64,000 nt of DNA from contig OU015569.1 of NCBI GenBank assembly GCA_907165135.1, forward strand, positions 6,138,001-6,202,000. Reading direction: 5' to 3'. The stretch's first letter is position 1. Each line of letters opens with the position of its first letter. Shown in pieces: positions 22,170-35,828 of this stretch. The position numbers and the translations under genes are program-made. The notes beneath the pieces are model-generated. The model had not been told where the DNA came from. It saw nothing but the letters and a program-made list of their open reading frames with translations, and did no database searches. The stretch comes from Oikopleura dioica (taxonomy: Eukaryota; Animalia; Chordata).

Positions 22170-23952
22170 ACCGTTCTTACTGTGGGACAACATAATTCTT
22201 TTCTCGAATAAAAAAACTATCAAAAATACTGTTTATCTCCGTGGAGCAAAAAAATCTCTAAAAGGTGTTTAATAACATCTTAACAATAATATGCCCTCGT
22301 CCACAATAAGCAGAGTTCTTGGCCGTATTTTTTTCTATACACTTGTTCCTCATATTATGGGGATTGCTGTAAATTGGCGAGTCGCCACTCACCCGGTCAG
22401 TCAATACTTTTAATGTATAAGCGAAAAATTCACTCGGAAGAATAGCTTGGCCTTTTTAAAGAGCGCCTTACCGCCTTTTTAGGGGTCTTTTTTAACACTT
22501 GTTAACTGACCTTGATCAAGAAATTTCCAATTAAAGAGCGTTTTGAGCTAAATTTTTCATCCGAAAAACGATCTTAAAATGTAACAAATGTACTGAAAGA
22601 AAGGTATTTGTACAGACTGTACTGTCCTACCTTAGACATGGAGCTTTGTTGAGAAAAGGAGAAAAGCGTGATATTGTAAATCAGTGTCGACGCATCAATG
22701 TTACCGCTAATCGTCAAAAACCGGCCTTTAGGGGGAATGCATCGAGCTGTCGGTCTAGTCGACCGTGTGTGGTGGTGGCGCGAAGAGTTTGGTGCGCTGC
22801 CTTGTCACCGCCAAGTGTAGTTCTCGCATGCGTGTCGACGAGATCTATCTCATTTTTCCGCTGCTCGATTGATTTTTCTTTTCGCGTCTTAATTCGCATA
22901 TTTTTGACATTGGGATATGCAATAGTTTGTAAATCTCGAGAGAAATCTGTCAATACGGAAGATTGTGAAATCGAGTAAATTTGAAGACATGTGTCAAGAT
23001 TGAAGAAGTTTAAGTTTTGATGGGAAAAGGTGTGATATCATACCTTATGACTTTCATTCTTTGGTTGTCGAAACTAATTATTTTTTGATAACGATGCAAT
23101 AATAATTTAGAAAAGTATCGAGATAGAATTTTAATGGCTATGAATATTTTTGCAAAAAACGCAATCTTCATTTTTTTAATTTTCAAAAGTAGTGGTTTGG
23201 TTATCACGGAAAGATTTTTATGATAAATCTTTGGATAATAATAATAATCGACTTAAGAACACTCGTGCTTCCATGAGGAACTCAAACAAGAATAAAAATA
23301 TTGTTGTTACTCCTTAAATTCAGCTGAATTTTGCTCGTCACTAAAGCGAGATGCAAACACCAGCGCTTCACCACCGCCACCGTCCGTTGGCAAGCGGCGA
23401 ATGACCTACTTGACTCACATTTTGCTTTTGTCCTTTTCACCGTTGATGCCGCCTCGGGCGTCCCTAAGCCCGACGAATGCGTCGTTGCGAGCAAGCTAAA
23501 GTCGACGCAAAGAAAATTGAGAAATTGAAAATCAGCTCCGATAAGTTAGGCTTGCATGCGACGGCTTTTCCCAATCACTAATTATGCCACCCTAGCTAGA
23601 CATGATCATAAACATTCTTCGGAGAGACAGTGTTGTCGACGACATCGTCTATTGAGATTAGTATCACTGCACCCAAAGACAATAAATTGAGACTGAGGCG
23701 ATCTCGAGTATTTTTCGAGCGAAAGGAACTCCTACTGACACTTTCTTGAAATCGAGTCGTACTTGGAGACAACAACGATTTTTTTGATAAAGAGAGAAAC
23801 TTATATCAAAAGTTTAATAATCCAGGTACAGAAGCACTTTTAAAAGAAGCTTTTATCATTGTTTTTTATTGTGTTTTTTCCGAATTTGTTATTCCTGTCT
23901 GAAATATTTATTTTTATAAAACAAGCCAAATGCCAAATATATTTAATTTAGA

Positions 23953-26900
23953 TTTCGTATGACGGTACTTAGCAATGGTGAGATCGAAAAGAGCAAAGAT
24001 CTTATCCGATACTTCCTTGAAAAGCTTCTCAACAGTGAAGTAGAAGCGTTATGCGTCGTTGAAAGCGGTAACTCAAAGTGAGTAAATCATTTTTCAAAAA
24101 TGCTAGACTCTAATCTGCGATAAGATGGGCCTGTGGATCCAAAAAACTGTTGAATAAATTAACATCTGGAAGCTTACGAACCCAGCCTGACGACAGGCTT
24201 GAAGAGATCTACGTGGCCGACAACAACGAAGAGCTGCAACAAGACGAGGAAGTCTTTACCGCAGATCATCTTTTCGATTCGGAATGGAAATTTAGCGGTG
24301 GTGGTGCTTTTCTGATATCGACAGATGAAATTCGCAAGCGCAAGTCAATCGACAGTAGCTCGAGCTCACGTGACTCAAAGTCGAAGGCGGCGAAAATCGC
24401 AAAATCAGTGTCCAGCAATAACGACGAATCAGAGGAAGACATCTCTATTAAGCCATTTGTTTGCAATCGATGCACCTGCGGCTTTTCAAGTGAGTAAACT
24501 GATTTGTAATTATCTATTAATTTATTAAATTCGGTGGGTCACTCGCTAAATTGTACTCATGCTTTCAAAATAAACCTTTATTTACTCTCTCGTAGCTAAA
24601 GACGAATTGAAAAACCATTGTTGCAATTACGCCGACCCAAAGCCTTTCCATTGCGACATTTGTATGAAGGGCTTCTCGACCAAGTCAAACATGCAGCGCC
24701 ATAGAAATATTCACACGAAGGAAAAGGTCTTCCAATGCACCCAGTGCAGCAAAGTAAGATAGACGAAAGCTCCACATTTTGACTTAAAATGCATTTAGAA
24801 ATTCTACGACTCTGGAAACTTAAAAGGCACATTGAAGGAGTTCACTCTACAAAGGACGTAACTCGCGAAGGGGACGACATTGACGTGACATTGGAGTCAA
24901 TATCGGAGAGCAGATTCTCGCACCACAACGAAATCCTCCCATCGGAAAACGAAAGCAGTCGCTCTCCAAGCTCTATCCTCAAGCTTGACGATATGAGCAT
25001 GGATGACAGCGAGCAGCAGGAAGAAATCGATACTAAGCCCGTTGAAGGAGAGACATTCAACTGCGACAAGTGCTTACTGAGGTATTTATTACTCTTAGGA
25101 CCCTTATTAAGGACCACCGTCGAGATTTCGAAATTTTGACCTCGGATTCGTGTTCATCGTCCCAAAAAAAATTTTTTCGCTGCATTTTTTAACGTCCTAT
25201 CTACACACTAACATCCTTAAAAATTGAGTTTGAGTTTTGAAATTTGTAAAGGTAGAGCGCTTAGTGCAACGGTCTGAGTACTGGGCGCGAGCAACTCTTT
25301 CACGGTAAATGTGAAAATCACCCATTTTTGTAAGTTTGATAATAGGAAATCATGCTTTGATTAATGAATTTACTTGAATCTATATTTTTGTGCGACGTTT
25401 TTAGATAATTTTTCCGTTTAATCAATTTTACCTTAAAATCAAAAATCAATTTTCGGGTGAACCTATTTATAAATTTCAAAAATTTCTTTGCGTTGCCCTC
25501 AAGTAAGGTCCTAGCTTTATTTTTATTTTCAAAAAATTTTGTTACTCAAAGTTATGCCAGAAATATCAGTGTTTGAAACTTTAATCTATCGAAGCGATAC
25601 CCTTAAGAATTGGACGATCGTGCTTGTAATTCTGTTCCCCTCAACCAACTATCGGATTACACTATGACCAAAAATCTTTCGGAAATCTTAAGGAAATCAC
25701 TTCGAAATCAGTGTTTGAAAAAGTCATTCCCACTTGACATAGGGGCTCTTAAGTTAATAACTCTTAGGACGAACAAAAAGAGTGAGATGCTGGAACATCT
25801 CAAAAGCGCCCACAGCGGTGATGGCAACCAACATTGCGTGCGTGTTGAGCAGCCAATGCCAGAAACCTCAAATGCAGAAGGCACATCTGACGCCCAAAAG
25901 AGCTTCAATTATAAGCTATTCTTTTGTGACTTTTGCTGGAAAGAATTCACATGGAGGGCGAACCTTGTCAGGCATATAAATATCCACACACACGCAAAGA
26001 GCTTTTTCTGTAGCTTCTCACTTTGCAAAAAGTCCTTTAGGTAATTTCTAGATAAGCAGAAGTTTTCTACTCACGTTTTCTCCAAGCTCGCATACATCAT
26101 TACGAAGACATGAACAAAAACATCAAGGCGTACACTATAGCTGTTCGAAATGTGTACGACTATTCAACGATCCATCAAACTTACGGAGACACGAGGCCTC
26201 ATGTACAGGCAGTGGCGATCCAGCTGACGATATCAGCGAAGAGAAACCCTCTACAAGTGTGAAGACTGCGATTAAAATGAAGCAGGAGAAAAAAAGTGAT
26301 GTGAAAGAGGAAGTCGATCAGATGAAGCCCCATCGCTGCGGTTACTGTAAAAAGGTGAAGAAATGTGGATTACAAAATTTTAATCTATGACTCAGAGAAT
26401 ACGGCGCTATCGCGGCTAGCAAATAAAAATAAACTACCGTTTGTGCGCCCCCTAAAACTTATTTTTGAAATTGTCCTTCCACTTTCAACAAGGCGAGCTT
26501 CGCAACGGTATTCCTGAAAGCAAGTCTTTCTGTGAGCGGAATGCGTGTTAGTTCTAGTTTTTTACGCTCAAAAAGCCGAAACAATGTGGCGAGCGTGGTG
26601 ATTCTCTGCGGCTCTCGAATTATCGTTATGGCCTGTGAAAAAACGAGCACCTGAGAATTCGCGTTTATCCACGTAACGGGCATCTAAGAAAGCGACCATT
26701 ATTTCTCCATTGTGAAATAAGCTTTAATTTAGTCGTTTGGACGAGCGGAAAGACTTGAAGAGCATCTACGTACTCACACGGGTGAAACTCCCTTTACATG
26801 CGATATTTGCGGCAAGGGCTTTACGACGAAACACAACCTCATCCGTCATCGGAATATCCACACTTTGGAGAAGAAATACACTTGCGAGTATTGCAACAAA

Positions 26901-27008
26901 TTCTTCGCCGACCCTACCCAACACAAAAGACATCAAGCTACTCACTTATCGAGAGGAGCTCAAGTCAAGCGAAATGTTAAAGGTGGGTCGAGACTCAAAG
27001 CAATGTAA
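23953..27008 (+). CDS. C2H2 zinc-finger protein (about 10 fingers), with an apparent 1-nt frameshift near 24822
   Basis: Fingers include CDICMKGFSTKSNMQRHRNIH, CDFCWKEFTWRANLVRHINIH and CDICGKGFTTKHNLIRHRNIH, with a HTGETPF linker. Introns are GT-AG and the stop is TAA 27006-27008. The gene may extend upstream to about 23300. Confidence 0.85.
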
Positions 27009-29425
27009 GACTGTTTATTCTCAGGTTCCAAAAAGAGCGACATGGATGTTCCTTTATCGTTGGTGATCCCCAATTTCTCGTGACTTTAATCATGATCAAG
27101 GTATACCTTTCTTTTTCAATTGTGCCTCAACCTTAAAATCACTTCTACTTCCCCTTACGCTCCTTGAATCCCTCATGACAGAGAAATCTGTCAAATTCGA
27201 ACCTCAATTACTCTTTTCTAAAAATATTTTTAAAAGGGTCTGGTATTTCTGTATCTACATCGCACTGCTCTGATTTAATTAATCTCAACAACGCAGTACC
27301 CTTCTTGCTTAAGCTTCTTTTATATATCAGTATAGAATCATTTTAAATTATCCTCCTTTGTCGAACCTAGGTTAGAGGTAGTTTTTAAGAACATACAAAT
27401 TTGTGCAATTTTTACTTTATACTGCTAAGCTGTAAGCGTCGCGTTCAGAGTCTCAACTCTTAAATCTCAATCCTTTTCAATTGCTAAAAGCGCGTCTCTA
27501 TACTCCCACTCCCATTCCGGAGCCGATTCTTTTTAACAACGCCACTTCCTATTGCGTTTCGGTTTTTTTAGAAACGGATCGTCCATACATATCATGCTTC
27601 TAATTCGTTCTTTCTTTCTTCTGTTAATATTTTCGAAGTGAGTCTGTATGATTAATTCAGCGTATTTATATATTTATTTATATTTACTTCTAACATAATG
27701 ACCCAACTGGTGATATCGAAGACAATCTGGTGATTGGGTGCAACTCGTTTAAGACAAAATTTAATCGCTTTTCTCCTTTTTTAAAAATGTTCTGGTGCTA
27801 TACTTCTTCTTTGTTTGGGTTCCAATGTTTGTTTATTCCCACTTCTTATTTTATTTAATAATGTATATTTGGCTCGGAAAAAGCTCAAGTGTGAGTTCGA
27901 TTTAAAAAAGACAAAAAATATTAAGTTGTCAACTATAATACGCGTGACGCATGAAGACAAAGGCGCTCGGTATTATCGGACGTTTTATTTTTGCTTTTCC
28001 AATTTCGGGCAGCTTCACACAATATCTCAGGGCACGTCGTGGAAGGGCGCAAAAATGCAGAAAAAACTCTGGATCAGCAATTTGATTTATGAAACGCATA
28101 CTGGGGACTAAAAGATGCCGCTAGTTGAGAATTCCCGCATCGCACAGCGCTGGAATGCGCCATTTGTAATTCCGATAGCAGCTGCATAAGTTCTTCGGAC
28201 TTGATAGATTTCCGTTGATGTTGCATCTCAGTTTGAGACTCCCACTTGCACTAGCCTGTATCCTCTAGAAAAAAATCCTTCTATTTGATCTCGAGAGTCT
28301 TTTCTAAAATCATAGTTTTGTTCTAAAGAGCCCACTGTATTTATTGAACTGGCAATAATACTGATTATGATAATGATAATTGCTCTTGCAGTCAATTTCT
28401 TCTAAGGTTACGTGAGTAAAAAGCACGTTACCAGAAACATTAATAAAAACAAAGTTGTACTTGAGTGTTTGTCCTTATCCACTATTCAAATGAATAACGA
28501 CGTTAATCCTAAAAAGCAGGCTTTACAGAGCACTGTTGACGAAAACGAAGCTTTGGTTACGATTAAATTAATTGATTTTATAATTAGAAACTGCAATCAA
28601 GCGACTAAGAACCACGAAAATTTTGGAAAGCGTTTTTCCGCTGCCTGGAAAGTGTTCTTAGCATGTTGACTCTATCTTGAGCATTGAAAGAAGTCTTGTG
28701 AACAAACTTGAATTGGATGCGACGTGGGGACATGAAAAGATTGGCTCTTGCCCCCAAACGACGCTATCAGAACATTGTCGACAACTGCCACTATCGCTAG
28801 AACAATACGCGATCATTTTAGAAAAGACTCGCGAGTCGCGATCAAACACTTTTTCTTGTGGATAAAGTTGCTCGAATCGATCTGTCAGCAGTATCTTTTT
28901 CGGCACTTTCCGTTGAATATTTCGAATTTTCGTGAAAGATTTTATGATTTTACTTAAAGTTAATACGACCCTATTGCCACTATCAGTGGCAAGAAAACAG
29001 TGTTGCCACGTAATCTGGATCAGCCGCCAATGCTTTCATTCTCTGCTCGGTGGATAAGTCGACTTTGGTTAGATCAGCCGCCTTAGACGGAGGCCTTCAC
29101 AGAATTGGAAACCATCGAATGCTGAACGTGTAAGAATCGTTGCCGATCTGGGTAAGCAGGACACATGAATGCTACTATGAAAACCAAGTGTCAGGTCATC
29201 TGAGCAAGACAAACAAATCATTGCTACATTGGGCCACCAGGCGGCTGTTTTTAATTTCCGCTCATCTTAACGAGAAGTACAAGCGATACACGAAACGGTG
29301 AGAGGGTTTCAACCGCTGGCCGTTTGCATAAAGAGTGATGCGGGAAAAAGCCCATTTCCCGATTTTTGATTCGCGAAATGAGAAACAGGACGTTTCATTA
29401 GTAAGAATACTGTTCATCGAATTAA

Positions 29426-30082
29426 GGACCCCCCCATCAATATGAAAAAAGTCAAAATTTTCAAAATTTTTTTGCTTTTTTGGGTAGTTTAGACCACGAG
29501 GAACAATTTTTATTCGGAAAATTTTTTTGATCTTATGGAAAATTTTGGCAGAAATTGACTTCAAAAATTGAAAATTAACATTTTACATCTCATAAAAATC
29601 TTTAATTCGCTATTTTTTAATGGTTATTAAGGGTATACCAACCATAAAAACTATTTCTATCATAAACACGAGTATAAAAACGTAATTCAGAGCAATTAAG
29701 GCAATGATTACTGAGAATTTAAATCTGGAAATTCGACTAAGATTCGACTTATAAAATTTTAAAGGGGCTGTCCTCCTTAAGTTCGTGGACAAAAAACTCT
29801 CAAAAAGCAAACGGTCGTAGCTTAGGGCCTTAACTTTACCATGAAAAAAAATTAAGGGTATACCCCAACGAAAACCCCAAAAAAAACGTTCACTAAGCAA
29901 CTTTACCTTTAACGGCCTGTATAACCTTAAATTTGGCATCGAGAGATCATCTTAAGAGAAACTGTTGCAGTAGAGGGTTCGATCTAAAGGATGCAATTAA
30001 AATTAAGGGTCTAGCTAAGATAGTTTTGGAGAAAAACTTTCACTTAGATGCCCTATTTTCGCGATTCTTGATGGGGGGGTCC
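29426..30082. mobile_element. TTAA-flanked MITE (GG...CC termini, Kolobok-like)
   Basis: TTAA|GGACCCCCCCATCAA ... TTGATGGGGGGGTCC|TTAA: a perfect 15-bp TIR, an AT-rich interior and no credible ORF. Confidence 0.88.
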
Positions 30083-30571
30083 TTAAGTAGAATAAAAAAA
30101 AATGTGATTTTCTGAAAATTGAATGCTGCATCACTACTAGATTATTTAAATTTTGCGTTATACGTCTTCGCACCTAGATGATTATCGTGGCGGATTTCGA
30201 TTACGGATTTGTGGCACAATGTGATCTACGCAAAAAGCTCGTCCTAGAATCAACAACCGCATCACGGATGGGCACGCGTCCAGTTGCCGTTTAGGCAAAA
30301 TTGACCATGTGACAGCTATCTGACTCTTTTCTAAATCAGCCAACTTCCTCTTCGTTCATTTCGATCTCTAATTATGAAAAGGTGATAAGATGTAACTGGC
30401 AGCGGGACTTTCTGGATATCGTTAGAAACAGCTCCGCGCAACGTTACAATCCGGCATAATCAGATATCGCAAGACATTTACAACATGATCAAAATGCGCT
30501 ACATTCATGTTTTTAAGGAGCAGATGCATCTTTTCCTTATAAAAATAAAAGTTGATCTTTGACATCCTTAA

Positions 30572-31200
30572 GGGATCCCCCATTTCCCGAACTTTGGCCC
30601 GTATCTACTTTTTCTGGTCTTACGTGTGAGGCTGGTTAGGAGCTTATTCAAAAGCTCGTCTTTAAATGAGCATATTTTGGTAGAATCAGCTTCCTATCTC
30701 ATTATTTGCTTATGCATTAGAGGCCGTCAAAGTGATTAAGATTCGCGAAAATGGCCATTTTAGACCATTTTTAAATTGTATCTTCTTTTTGTGGCCTTCT
30801 TAAATACAAATCTTTTTATTTTAATAGAAAGTTCAGACCCTAAACTTAATATTCTGGTAGAATCAGCATGATCGGATAAGTTAATAAAAAAATGCCAAAA
30901 ATTGGCCGAAAATTCTAGTGCGGTTATTGTATTCGTAATCTACACATTCTAAGCTTTCGAAAGACCCCTTGTTTGTCTTTTTTCGATGACAATGAAAAAT
31001 CGAAAAATATTTCGATTTTCACGCTAAGTGCATTTTATATGCATTTTCCCAAACTTTGGGGGCCGAAATTTTGGGGATGCATTTATGTAAAGGGGTACTA
31101 TCATATATCAAAATGATCCTCAGAACACGGGGAATCTAATATAATAATATCTGGCGATAATGACCGGTGCCAAAGTTTTGAAAAATCGGGGGGTGATCCC
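30572..31200. mobile_element. TTAA-flanked MITE (GG...CC termini)
   Basis: TTAA|GGGATCCCCCATTTCCCGAACTTTGG ... CCAAAGTTTTGAAAAATCGGGGGGTGATCCC|TTAA: an imperfect TIR of about 28 bp. Confidence 0.75.
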
Positions 31201-31607
31201 TTAATTATCTTTCGTTATTATGAAGTAAAAATTATCATATAAAATCCAAGGATAAATCCATCAATGTTGCATGTGAATTTCAACAGTAAACTCGATAGCC
31301 GAAATTATCGAGAAAAAAAGGCATCAGTTTAGAAGCTTAGCTCATTTTTGCAGTTCTAAAGGACACTTGTTTCGCCTGATTTGGAATATTTCAAGAGCAC
31401 CTGTCAAAGGCGACCTCGAACTAGCGGTATCAGCGACTATGACAATTGTTAAACGTTACTGCGCATTTGATAAAAACGGCTGTCACCGTGGCAATCATTC
31501 CTCAAATCCTTATTTCAAACACTCAAGGGAAGTTTCTAAAAGCTGTTTTGAGGCCTTTCATCGTCGACAAAAAACAGCAATAGTAAATTATTTTAATGAA
31601 TGTCGCT

Positions 31608-33480
31608 TCATATTCGAGTCTTTTTTTTCTTGGAAAATATGCGGGAAGAGATAAAGTAGATTAATATCCTTGGGCTTTCCTCTTGAGAAACATGAAAACG
31701 CGATTTAAAATTGGTTAACAAGGGTCTTTCTTTCGCCATATCGTGTCCCGATGAAATTCTTGACTCTACTCGAGAATGGATTATCGAAACGCACACGTGG
31801 CAAGTGGTCTCAGGATTGCATATATTACAGAATGTCATTGTCTCTTTATTTTCATTCAAAGGAAGACGGAAGGCTTTCACAAGTCTATAGAAAGCAAGTC
31901 ATTTGATGAAATAATGTTCCGATAATCCGCAAAGCGAATTTCGCAGAGCACGTTCCCTCTCGTCATGGCTTTGATAAGACAAACCTTTATTTGAGTTTAT
32001 TTTGAATCTTGAAGAGAATTATTTCTTAAAACGAAAAAGGGTTTCTTGATAAGCGGCTTAGAAGGTTTCGTCAAGTGTTGAGTTTAGCAACGTGGCTTCA
32101 CGCACTTTTATCAACCTCGATAAAAGTCCTTCAGTGTGACCTTTGCTCTAAAACAACTGTTCAATCGTGAAGCTACGACTGGAACCGATTTTTCATAAAT
32201 TTATTTTGAGAAAATCTTATCGCTCAAGAAGCTTGTTTCCTCTGCAAAAATAAATTCTTCTAATTAGCTCCGATTTTTTCACAAAAGTAACTGCTTACTT
32301 AACCCTTTTTAGAGGAAAATGAAGAAGTTTTCACCACGTTTGAATATCATATGGAAATGACTATGTTCGTCTTAGCTTGTCCAGTATGTTAACCTTTGCT
32401 ACACGTGTAAAGACGTGCTTTAGCTTGTTCGCAAACTTTGCAAGTGTGAAATTCTGCGTTTATCCTCCATCTGAATGTCTAAAGCAATTCGCACCGATTT
32501 CGAAAGAGCCTCGAAATCAATCTCCTTAATTAAATGAAAAATATCAACGCAGCCCTAAAAGGCTTTTCTTTTAATTGCCAAAATAACAAGTTTGTCATTT
32601 CCGGAAGCGGGCCTCTTTAGAAATCCCAGCCTGCCAAAGATACTCTCACCTGGAATGAGAACAGGCTGGGGAAAATAACAGTGAGTTCGCCGAAAACTTG
32701 TTCCCAACTCTAAAAGCTTTGTTTGTCTATAAATGCATAAGGTGACGCAATCCATAGTGTTCGTTCACTTAGGTCAAGCGACACGAGTGCTGGAGTCACC
32801 CTCACTAATTCTACTTCGGGCCACGTTTGTATTGTCAGTACGAATTCACGGAATGCCTTAGAATCGCTTTCGAAATCCGCAATACTTGATCCCTTCTTCA
32901 ACTTCAATTTGTAGAAGCAAATTCAAACGTTGTGTCAAAGTACAGCTAGATATATAAATGAAGTTCTGATTGATTCGTTCTTAATTGCCTCCGCCCGCAA
33001 CCGAGAAATGTTTTGACAATTCGCTAGTTGACCGAAACTATTCCTCAAACAACAAAACTCAGACAATTCCAGCTCCGGGATTCCAAGAACACATTCTTCA
33101 TTTTCTTCGTTGTCGCCAATTTCAAGCAGGAAAAGTCTCACTTTGCTATTTCGTTCTTCGAAGATGGCGACTAAGTCGGATTAATCCGCACGTTCCATCC
33201 TACAGCGTACATCGAAATGCCACTCGGTATACGACATTTTGGGCTATTCTGCGTTTGAGAGAAACTATTATGCTTCGGGCTTGATTCAGAGTTTCTAACT
33301 TTCATCAAGTTATTGTTCTTTTTCTAAGTATGTCATTTTCTGATTGAGAGACAATTATTTTGACATATTACTCGGTATTTGACAGCGAAGGAATTGATCG
33401 CTTGCTTCTAAAAGCTCTAGACTAACACAAGATCATATCTCTCGTCATATTTTTCCTCCGAAACCGAATTCTTGATTTTT
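31608..33480 (-). CDS. Putative divergent multi-exon gene or decaying gene (LRR-like and Cys-containing segments)
   Basis: Open segments with splice-like ends (32935-33141, 32710-32907, SWEQVFGELTVIFPSLFSFQ, CKVCEQAK, CNICNPETTCHVC) could not be joined into one clean frame. Confidence 0.3.
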
Positions 33481-35828
33481 AGTCACTAAGATTCAATTAT
33501 CCGAATTTCGAATATGATTTTCAGTGTATAATAATTAGTATACCAGAATTTCAAATTTTAATGCCAACTCCATTTGCAAGTTCGTCAACAAAAAAAAACT
33601 TGCTTGAAGACTATAATGGAAATAGAAACACATACTTGCATCGTCGATGTTAATTTATTTCTTCTTAAAAATGGTATTTTCTAAAGGTACTATCCTGAAA
33701 TATTCCCATTAGATAAATTGAACTATAAGGTCGGGTGCGAAAGGTGCTGCGGTCAGGGGTGATGGGTCTCGATTACCCTCTAGCGCCGCGCGGGTCGCCA
33801 AGTCGGCGGAGGAGCAAGCGAGTCCGGCGATAAAAGAGAAAGCTAATGCATTATTCTGCTATTGGATCATGTTCCTGTAATTTTTGCGCGTGTTGGGCCT
33901 GGCCGTTCGGTGCCCGTTAACTTTACGTGGGATGACCAATCCAAAAAATAAACTCAGAGATTTCGAATTTTACGAAGAAAACTTAGTGAGAAAAGAAACA
34001 TATTTGACGCCGCTTTGCCCTCCGTCAATTTGAGCGTTTATCGCTTATAAGAGAGTCTTATCCACATCTTCATGTCGTCGATAATTCAACCTAAAACAGA
34101 TGAATTACCTCAAGAAAACCAATAGAAACTGGAGAAAAATGACCAAGAAACTAATAATCAGCAATAGGTAAGCTTCTGAATAAAAACGTTACGCGTAGAA
34201 GCCTGAAATCGCCGATAGATCATCGAGAAGTTTACTGGCTAAATAATAAAGTATTTGTTAAATGCTTTGACATTTTATCGCCATCCGCCAACAGAATTTT
34301 TCTAAAAGCGATCCGGGGATTCAGCTTTATACGCCACGCATGATTCGTATATATAGCATCATTTAAGAACTTGAATATGGAATGTGACACGAATTCAAAA
34401 GTGCACTACCAAACAATCAACGTCCAACAGGTAGATTATTACTTCCATCAAAAAAATTTAGCAACGCTCATTTTCAAAATATTGCCACAATAAAGAAAAA
34501 AAACACTGTAAATAAAACAAAAACGCAAAAAAGCATTTTCCATTTTAAATGGGAAACCAGCACAAGCGAGCCAGAAGTAATGATGGCAAGAAGAAGATCC
34601 CGCTGTGCCAGACGAGTGCATAATCAAAACTTGAGAAGGCTGCTAGAAGACTTTGTAGCTCATCAACTGCTTGATACATAACGATAAGCTTTGTCTCTGT
34701 GTTACAGTTTGGCGATAGGAGAGCTCGAACTGCCGTACACTCTCGTACCGTACCTTTACTGTAACCCCTGATGCAGGCCCCGGCCGCTACCCCACTAAAT
34801 GATCTACCGATTTGGGTATGACTTTTCGGGTCATTCCCCGGAGCGCATTTCGAGTTTGTTAGCTATTGCGCCGGATAAGCGTTATTTCCAAAGTGTTCCA
34901 CCCTTCTCATAGATCGATGTAACATATTGTAGTTAAACGCTGTAAAAATATTTTTAACAATTAATATTCAATTATTACATTGTAAAATTTCCAATGATAA
35001 AAAGATTAAATGACCCCGAATCAATCATTTTTAAACCACTTCTCAGAAAAACCCAGAATTCCACCAAGAGTGCGGCCATGAGAGCCTGTTCTAGTGACTT
35101 AATAAAAATCACAAAATCAGAAATAAACAATCTTGTTCTTGTATTTCGTTTGTCTTAGCACTTAGTAAAAGCAGGAAGGAGAAGGCATTTACATCAGCAA
35201 AAAGTTATATTTGAATTTTCATTTTCACGCAGTCCGTAATCCGTGCTGTGGAATATAATCCGCTTCTTCGGTGTCATAATCACTAAAAATTCCGTTATGT
35301 TTGTATTTACATTTTTGCTTAGACATAACTTGGAACCGAAAAAGACATTCGAGACATGTTTTCAAAGGTATTGACTAACATTAAAAGAGTGTTTCATATA
35401 AACAGTACGGATAATAAAGAAGCTTTAGTCCCTAAACGAAGATTATAAAGGCAAGATAATAATTTTTTATCAGGAAAATGTTTTTCATCTTAATACAATG
35501 TCAGTGAGAAGCGTTGATATTCGTTAAGAATAATTAATTGCCAAAACAATTCGCATCAATTATTGATTTCATAGGAATGGAACTTCTTCAACGGTCGAAC
35601 TAGCGCAAACTGTACGGGGGCAAAGTTAATTATTTTTAATAATCATAAACGCGTTTTTTTATTCTTCCTCGAGATTTTTTATAAATTTTACTTCGGTTAG
35701 CTAAGTTTTGACCAAACTTCAGAATTAAAAATTCAGAAGAATTAAGATTTAAGGTGTATAATTTGCTCAATGATCAAGAATGCATCGACAATCCCGAATC
35801 GTTAAATTTTAAAATTGATCTTGTCACG

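Noticed and set aside
29262-30115. ORFs within the MITE as a transposase
   Set aside because: They are short, F/K/I-rich AT-biased frames with no DDE or DNA-binding motifs.
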